Below, piece after piece: positions 54,701 through 63,700 of a DNA stretch of 64,000 bases (position 1 is the stretch's first letter; the number at the start of each line of letters is the position of its first letter). The position numbers were made by a program, and so were the translations under genes. A model generated the notes under the pieces. That model did not search any database. It worked only from the letters and a program-made list of their open reading frames with translations, and had not been told where the DNA came from. Source of the DNA: Leucoraja ocellata (lineage: Eukaryota); the NCBI GenBank assembly GCA_036785375.1, contig JAWMAR010000399.1:868001-932000 (forward strand). The letters are read 5' to 3'.

Positions 54701-57700
54701 AGGTAAAGAAAAACAAATCAGGTTTTGTCCACCTGAAGGTGATGAAACTCATGACTATCTTTATGTATGATGTTGAAGTTGGATCATGTCTTTCACTTGG
54801 GAAATAAGTTTGAAATATGAGAATATTATGTTGCAGAATGCATCAAGGATCGGGACGTTCTGAACCACATCTGTGCAAGCACCAGGGTCTGGTTGTGAAG
54901 CATAGCATTTTGGCAAAGCTGGTTGCTGCTGACAGTCTGTGTAAAAGGGAATTGTAGAGTGAATGTAAAAGCACAATACAGGAATCAGCAGACGATTACT
55001 TGACAACTGCAGAACGGATACTCAGTTGCATGATTCATTATTGCGAGGAGATGGCAATGTCTCCTGAAGGTGCGTGATCAGGCGTGTACAATTACCCTTG
55101 CAAATGCTTGGACGTACGTTGTCCCAATGAAAAGCACGTGTGTGATTATTTTCATCCATTGTCAATCAATGCTGCTGCCATTTTCAGCTTTGGGATTATG
55201 GATTTCTTTGTCTTTTCAATGTGAATGGAAGAGCTCTGTGATAATTGACACACTTACCAGGGAGCATTTTTCGCCCGTCATTCTCACAGGTACATGTGGT
55301 AGTTGCTCTTGACGTTGGTGTTACTGTCACTGTTGTAGCTGATGTTGTAGTTTCTGTTGGTCTGGTTGTACTTTCACATCTTCCTGTGTACTTCACAACT
55401 TTACAATCTTCAGTACACAGAAGAAAGTTACAGAGGCCTGATTTATCTGTAGACGTCACAGTTGCCTGACCTGGAGGCAAAGAAAAGAAAATCAGGTTGT
55501 AATTTCAAAGTGTTTTCATCTAGAATCAAGAAATGATGTACCTCCTTTGATCAAACACGCTGCGTGATTTCATATCATAGCTTGTGGCTGGCAGGCCTTG
55601 TATAAGGGAATTGCGGAAAGAATATAATACACAAATCAGCAGAAGAGTGAGCGGCAATTGCAGTAAGGTTGCTCACTTGCATAGTTCATTTTTGGGTAGA
55701 AATAACATTTTTCATGGGAGGCATGATCTGGCCCATAACAGAAACCATGGGCGGACCACAACATTTACAGTATAAAAGTGTAGGTCCACATTGTGAGCAA
55801 ACCTCTCTGATCAATGCTGCTGTCAAGCACAATGTAGGGGTGTTGAACTTTATCGTAACATGATGTTGCATTTAAGGAGCATTTGAGTCAAATATATCCT
55901 GTTGCTCAGTGGTTGCATGGAAGAAGCCTCCGGTGATTTTAAACTATTAAGAGCTTCATCCACATTAACTCAAATGGAAAAAACTAAGAAAGCAAAAAGA
56001 TTCTATAATTTATGTTGACATGTTTAGAACTGTGCATCAACTTCATAATTGGATGCATTTCATCTGCACTTAGCAAGAGACAGATGTAGGTTCCATAGAT
56101 GCTGCCTCACCCGCTGAGTTTCACCAGAATTTTTGTCTACGCAAGAGACAGCTGTAAAGCTCTTTATTGGATATGTGAACAGAAGAGCACTTTGATTACT
56201 GACACACTTACCTGGTGACATTATATGTCCGTTAACATCACATGAACAGATTGTAGTTCCTTTTGACGTTGGTGTTACTGTCACTGTTGTAGCTGATGTT
56301 GTGGTTTCTGCTGGTCTGGTTGTAGTTTCACATCTTCCTGTGTACTTCAGAATTTCACAATCCTCAGTACACAGAGTAAAGTTACAGAGGCCTGATTTAC
56401 CTGCAGAAGTCACAGTTGCCTGACCTGGAGGTAAAGAAAAACAAATCAGAACGGATACTCAGTTGCATGATTCATTATTGTGAGGAGATGGCAATGTCTC
56501 CTGAAGGTGCGTGATCAGGCGTATACAATTAACCTTGCAAATGGGTGGACGTACGTTGTCCCAATGAAAAGCAAGTGTGTGATTATTTTCCATCCATTGT
56601 CAATCAATGCTGCTGACATTTTCAGCTTTGGGATTATGGATTTCTTTGTCTTTTCAATGTGAATGGAAGAGCTCTGTGATAATTGACACACTTACCAGGG
56701 AGCATTTTTCGCCCGTCATTCTCACAGGTACATGTGGTAGTTGCTCTTGACGTTGGTGTTACTGTCACTGTTGTAGCTGATGTTGTAGTTTCTGTTGGTC
56801 TGGTTGTACTTTCACATCTTCCTGTGTACTTCAGAACTTTACAATCTTCAGTACACAGAACAAAGTTACAGAGGCCTGATTTATCTGTAGACGTCACAGT
56901 TGCCTGACCTGGAGGCAAAGAAAAGAAAATCAGGTTGTAATTTCAAAGTGTTTGCATCAAGAATCAAGAAAAAATGTACCTCCTTTGATCAAACACAGGG
57001 CGTGATTTTAAACTATTAAGAGCTTCATCTACATTAACTGAAATAGAAAAAACTAAAAAAGCAAAAAGATTCTATAATTTATGTTGACATGTTTAGAACT
57101 GTGCATCAACTTCATAATTGGATGCATTTCTTGCTATCATCTGCACTTAGCAAGAGACAGATGTAGGTTCCATAGATGCTGCCTCAACCGATGAGTTTCA
57201 CCAGCATTTTTGTCTACCCAAGAGACAGCTGTAAAGCTCTTTATTGGATATGTGAACAGAAGAGCACTTTGATTACTGACACACTTACCTGGTGACATTA
57301 TATGTCCGTTAACATCACATGAACAGATTGTCGTTCCTTTTGACGTTGGTGTTACTGTCACTATTGTAGCTGATGTTGTGGTTTCTGTTGGTCTGGTTGT
57401 AGTTTCACATCTTCCTGTGTACTTCAGAATTTCACAATTCTCAGTACACAGAGTAAAGTTACAGAGGCCTGATTTACCTGCAGAAGTCACAGTTGCCTGA
57501 CCTGGAGGTAAAGAAAAACAAATCAGGTTTTGTCCACCTGAAGGTGATGAAACTCATGACTATCTTTATGTATGATGTTGAAGTTGGATCATGTCTTTCA
57601 CTTGGGAAATAAGTTTGAAATATGAGAATATTATGTTGCAGAATGCATCAAGGATCGGGACGTTCTGAACCACATCTGTGCAAGCACCAGGGTCTGGTTG

Positions 57701-60700
57701 TGAAACATAGCATTTTGGCAAAGCTGGTTGCTGCTGACAGTCTGTGTAAAAGGGAATTGTAGAGTGAATGTAAAAGCACAATACAGGAATCAGCAGACGA
57801 TTACTTGACAACTGCAGAACGGATACTCAGTTGCATGATTCATTATTGCGAGGAGATGGCAATGTCTCCTGAAGGTGCGTGATCAGGCGTGTACAATTAA
57901 CCTTGCAAATGGGTGGACGTACGTTGTCCCAATGAAAAGCACGTGTGTGATTATTTTCCATCCATTGTCAATCAATGCTGCTGCCATTTTCAGCTTTGGG
58001 ATTATGGATTTCTTTGTCTTTTCAATGTGAATGGAAGAGCTCTGTGATAATTGACACACTTACCAGGGAGCATTTTTCGCCCGTCATTCTCACAGGTACA
58101 TGTGGTAGTTGCTCTTGACGTTGGTGTTACTGTCACTGTTGTAGCTGATGTTGTAGTTTCTGTTGGTCTGGTTGTACTTTCACATCTTCCTGTGTACTTC
58201 ACAACTTTACAATCTTCAGTACACAGAACAAAGTTACAGAGGCCTGATTTATCTGTAGACGTCACAGTTGCCTGACCTGGAGGCAAAGAAAAAAAAATCA
58301 GGTTGTAATTTCAAAGTGTTTTCATCTAGAATCAAGAAATGATGTACCTCCTTTGATCAAACACGCTGCGTGATTTCATATCATAGCTTGTGGCTGGCAG
58401 GCCTTGTATAAGGGAATTGCGGAAAGAATATAATACACAAATCAGCAGAAGAGTGAACGGCAATTGCAGTAAGGTTGCTCACTTGCATAGTTCATTTTTG
58501 GGTAGAAATAACATTTTTCACGGGAGGCATGATCTGGCCCATAACAGAAACCATGGGCGGACCACAACATTTACAGTATAAAAGTGTAGGTCCACATTGT
58601 GAGCAAACCTCTCTGATCAATGCTGCTGTCAAGCACAATGTAGGGGTGTTGAACTTTATCGTAACATGATGTTGCATTTAAGGAGCATTTGAGTCAAATA
58701 TATCCTGTTGCTCAGTGGTTGCATGGAAGAAGCCTCCGGTGATTTTAAACTATTAAGAGCTTCATCCACATTAACTCAAATGGAAAAAACTAAGAAAGCA
58801 AAAAGATTCTATAATTTATGTTGACATGTTTAGAACTGTGCATCAACTTCATAATTGGATGCATTTCATCTGCACTTAGCAAGAGACAGATGTAGGTTCC
58901 ATAGATGCTGCCTCACCCGCTGAGTTTCACCAGAATTTTTGTCTACGCAAGAGACAGCTGTAAAGCTCTTTATTGGATATGTGAACAGAAGAGCACTTTG
59001 ATTACTGACACACTTACCTGGTGACATTATATGTCCGTTAACATCACATGAACAGATTGTAGTTCCTTTTGACGTTGGTGTTACTGTCACTGTTGTAGCT
59101 GATGTTGTGGTTTCTGCTGGTCTGGTTGTAGTTTCACATCTTCCTGTGTACTTCAGAATTTCACAATCCTCAGTACACAGAGTAAAGTTACAGAGGCCTG
59201 ATTTACCTGCAGAAGTCACAGTTGCCTGACCTGGAGGTAAAGAAAAACAAATCAGAACGGATACTCAGTTGCATGATTCATTATTGTGAGGAGATGGCAA
59301 TGTCTCCTGAAGGTGCGTGATCAGGCGTGTACAATTACCCTTGCAAATGGGTGGACGTACGTTGTCCCAATGAAAAGCACGTGTGTGATTATTTTCCATC
59401 CATTGTCAATCAATGCTGCTGACATTTTCAGCTTTGGGATTATGGATTTCTTTGTCTTTTCAATGTGAATGGAAGAGCTCTGTGATAATTGACACACTTA
59501 CCAGGGAGCATTTTTCGCCCGTCATTCTCACAGGTACATGTGGTAGTTGCTCTTGACGTTGGTGTTACTGTCACTGTTGTAGCTGATGTTGTAGTTTCTG
59601 TTGGTCTGGTTGTACTTTCACATCTTCCTGTGTACTTCAGAACGTTACAATCTTCAGTACACAGAACAAAGTTACAGAGGCTTGATTTATCTGTAGACGT
59701 CACAGTTGCCTGACCTGGAGGCAAAGAAAAGAAAATCAGGTTGTAATTTCAAAGTGTTTTCATCTAGAATCAAGAAATGATGTACCTCCTTTGATCAAAC
59801 ACGCTGCGTGATTTCATATACTAGCTTGTGGCTGGCAGGCATTGTATAAGGGAATTGCGGAGAGAATATAATACACAAATCAGCAGAAGAGTGAGCGGCA
59901 ATTGCAGTAAGGTTGCTCAGTTGCTTAGTTCATTTTTGGGCAGAAATAACTTTTTTCACGGGAGGCATGATTTGGCCCATAACAGAAACCATGGGCGGAC
60001 CACAACATTTACAGTATAAAAGTGTAGGTCCACATTGTGAGCAAACCTCTCTGATCAATGCTGCTGTCAAGCACAATGTAGGGGTGTTGAACTTTATCTT
60101 AACATGATGTTGCATTTAAGGAGCATTTGAGTCAAATATATCCTGTTGCTCAGTGGTTGCAAGGTAGAAGCCTCCAGTGATTTTAAACTATTAAGAGCTT
60201 CATCCACATCAACTCAAATGGAAAAAACTAAGAAAGCAGAAATATTCTATAATTTATGTTGACATGTTTAGAACTGTGCACCAAATTCATAATTAGATGC
60301 ATTTCTTTCTATAATCTGCACTTAGCAAGAGACAGATGAAGGTTCCATAGATGCTGCCTCACCCGATGAGTTTCACCAGCATTTTTGTCTACCCAAGAGA
60401 CAGTTGTAAAGCTCTTTCTTTGAAATGTGAACAGAAGAGCACTTTGATAATTGACACACTTACCTGGTGACATTATATGTCCATCAACATCACATGAACA
60501 GATTGTAGTTCCTTTTGACGTTGGTGTTACTGTCACTGTTGTAGCTGATGTTGTGGTTTCTGCTGGTCTGGTTGTAGTTTCACATCTTCCTGTGTACTTC
60601 AGAATTTCACAATCCTCAGTACACAGAGTAAAGTTACAGAGGTCTGATTTACCTGCAGAAGTCACAGTTGCCTGACCTGGAGGCAGAAGATAAAAATCAG

Positions 60701-63700
60701 GTTGTGTCCACCTGAAGGTGACGTAACTGATAAATACCTTTATGTATGATGTTGAATATGAGTATTTCGATTGTGCAGATTTTTTGAGGAGGCTCTAATA
60801 TAATTTCAATGAGTTTGTGTCAAGAATCAAGACATTCTGTCCCTCCCCTGAGAAAATATCAGTGTGTGTTTTCTTGTTGTAGCTTGTGGTTGGCAGGCCT
60901 TGCAAAATGGCAATGCCGATAGAATAGAAAAACTCAACACAGAATCCAGCAGAAAAGTTAATGGGAATTGCAGTAAGGTTGCTTAGTTCCGTCGTGTATT
61001 TTTGTGAAGAAATATCATTTACAGCGGGGCATGATCAGGTCCATAACACAGCCATGGGATCAGGTGGACCACAGAATTTCTAGTAAAGATGTGGGGGTTC
61101 TGATTTGTGTACAAACTTCTACTGATCAATGCTGCTGCTAATCTCACTGTAGGGATGTTGAGCTGTATCGTAATATGATGTTGCATTTAAGGAGCATTTG
61201 AACCAAATACATCCTGTAGCTCTATGGTTGCAAGGAAGAAGGTCGCATTGGAGCAATGAAAAACTTTGACCACATTAACTCAAACGGAAATTCATTGAAA
61301 GCAATAAGTTGCGATCATTTTTGTTAACGTATAGTATAATGCATCAGCTTCATAATCTAAAGCATTTCTTGCAATCATTTGCACATAGCTAAAGACTGAG
61401 GTCGACCTCTTACTTTGAAATGTGAACAGCAGAGCACTTTGATTACTGACACACTTACCTGGTGACATTATATGTCCGTCAACATCACATGAACAGATTG
61501 TAGTTCCTTTTGACGTTGGTGTTACTGTCACTGTTGTAGCTGATGTTGTGGTTTCTGCTGGTCTGGTTGTAGTTTCACATCTTCCTGTGTACTTCAGAAC
61601 TTCACAATCCTCAGTACACAGAGTAAAGTTACAGAGGCCTGATTTACCTGCGGAAGTCACAATTGCCTGACCTGGAGGCAAAGAAAAAAAAAATCAGGTT
61701 GTGTCCACCTGAAGGTGATGTAACTGATGACTATCTTTATGTATGAAGCTGGTTCATGCATTTCACTTGGGAAATAAGTTTGAAATATGCGAATATTATT
61801 TTGCCGACTGCATCAAGGATCATGATATTCTGAACCAAATCTGAGCAAACAGCATTGTCTGCATTTTTGGAGCTGGTTGGCAGCGGTTCTTCTAGTTCTA
61901 TCATTCATGCAAACAAACACAATTTATTTCAACTGGGTTGAATGGATACAAAAAATGGGAATCACATTTCCTTGATGGTGTTTGTCATTGGTTGCTTTTG
62001 GACATCGGTGCTTTCAGGGAACTGCTGGACTTGTAATTTCCAGACATTTCCCAGATATAGTGATGGCTCCTTAAGGACTCGTGTGTAGCTTAACATCAGA
62101 TCTCCAAATTCTCTTTCCAGACTCTTTAAGTTGCACAATATTCAAAGATTAATCTGAGATTTGGAACAACACCAACAGCCACCATGTTGACATACACACA
62201 CTAGGAGCAGGAACTGCCTCTCAATTCCAATCCACCAGTCATGGTGTTATACAGCATGGAAACTCATCCAAGCTAACCAAATTACCTAATTGAATGTCCC
62301 ATTTACCTGTGTTTGGCCCATAATCATTTGAAACTTTCCCATGCACCCACCTGCACAAATGTCTTCTAAGCCATACTTCAATTCCCACTATTATGATCTA
62401 ATTACCTAATATAACAGTTAATTTATTATATTATTAAACATTATTGTTTATTGTACATTTGTTTGTTGTATTGTTGTGTTTAATGTACCTATAAACCCTT
62501 AGGAAGTAACAATTTCAGTGTCCAGTCCTCGTGAATATTACAATTAAACAATCTCGACTTGATTTCTATGTTGTAATTATACCCTCCTGTACCACATCCT
62601 TTGGCTGCAAGCTCCACACACTCACCAGCCTTAAATGCATTTTTAATCCCTCTTTAGTTTAGTTTAGTTTAGTTTAGAGATACAGCACGGAAACAGGCCC
62701 TTTGGCCCACCGGATCTATGCTGACCAGCAATCCACGCACAATAATGTCCACTAGGGACATTTTCTACATTTTCCAAGCCAATTAACCAACAAAACTATG
62801 TCTTTGGAGTGTGGGAGGAAACCGAAGGTCTCGGAGAAAACCCACGATGGTCACGGGGTGAACGTACAAACTCCGTACAAATAGCACCCATAGTCGGGAT
62901 CGACCCCAGGTCTGTAGCGCTGCATTCGCTGTAAGGCAGCAACTCTACCACTGCGCCAATAAGGTCATGTCTGTTATATCTGTGATTCATTCGAGAATCA
63001 CTCTCCCATCTACCCATTGTAATTTTTCAACACTCACATCTTGTCCTGAATCTATCTCCCTCTGCTTTAATAGATAGAAAATCTCTACTTCCACTGTTTT
63101 AAGAAAGAGAGAGTTCCAAAGAATCTTGTTTCTTTGAGAGAACAAAATTATCTCCAATCAGAAATGAGTGACTTAATTTAAATCAGATCCCTTGTCATTT
63201 TTAAATGTAGAGAAATCAGTGAATCAGGGAAGGTCAATTTGTTCATGGCAAACAGCTGATGGACAATATGTCCACTGTTCCCGAATGGGTATCCTGACAC
63301 CATAGACTTTATGAACACAGTTTTTCTGCCATTAGTGATGATCACTGTACCCTGTTTCCGTGATCAAACATAGAAGTGGGCAAAGGAAAGGGAAGCTGCA
63401 GTTTTCACAGGGCATCATTGGAGACAGATGATTTATGATAATTTGTGCAAACTACAATGTGTACTGAAGAATACTACAAAACATAATCAACAGCAAGAGA
63501 GAGAAAATAGTGCATGGTCACACTAATTGGGAAGGACCCAGAAATAATGATCAAGATTCGACAATTCAAAAAGTTAATAGAATGCAATTAAGTAATTAAT
63601 TAATTAGCAAAATTACCTGGTGATAATATCTTCCCTTGTACTGTGCATGAGCATGTTGTTGTTGCTGGGATGGTCGTTGATATGGATTGGGTTCGTTCAG

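Larger units (their letters stand above)
20933..61671 (-). repeat. Tandem exon-intron array: 42 copies of a 213-nt coding exon (21 type A, 20 type B, 1 hybrid); dimer unit about 1.35-1.75 kb with higher-order repeats
   Basis: Direct reading of the repeated acceptor cctccag|GTCA and donor |gtaagtgtgt; recurring ORF-track peptides. Confidence 0.97.

Noticed and set aside
23603-60115. Recurrent intronic ORFs (MAGRPCIREL..., MQHHVTIKF..., MSSNRLLIP...)
   Set aside because: Recur only because the introns are duplicated; deleted or truncated in many units; no protein-like features.
20920-60675. Repeated plus-strand 74-aa Val-rich ORFs (MTHLPGSIF...VVVALDVGVTVTVVADVVV) resembling membrane peptides
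   Set aside because: Antisense shadows of Thr-rich ACN codons; splice signals and Cys conservation are on the minus strand and the starts are TTG.
20933-61671. CRISPR-like or V-gene-like rearranging cassette array
   Set aside because: Spacers are homologous introns rather than unique sequences; no cas genes, Ig folds or heptamer-nonamer RSS pairs seen; cassettes are nearly identical.
22170-61681. A tandem family of small single-exon Cys-rich genes (94/117-aa ORFs)
   Set aside because: No ATG or signal peptide; ORF ends run through GT donors into intron; phases link them into the mucin frame.
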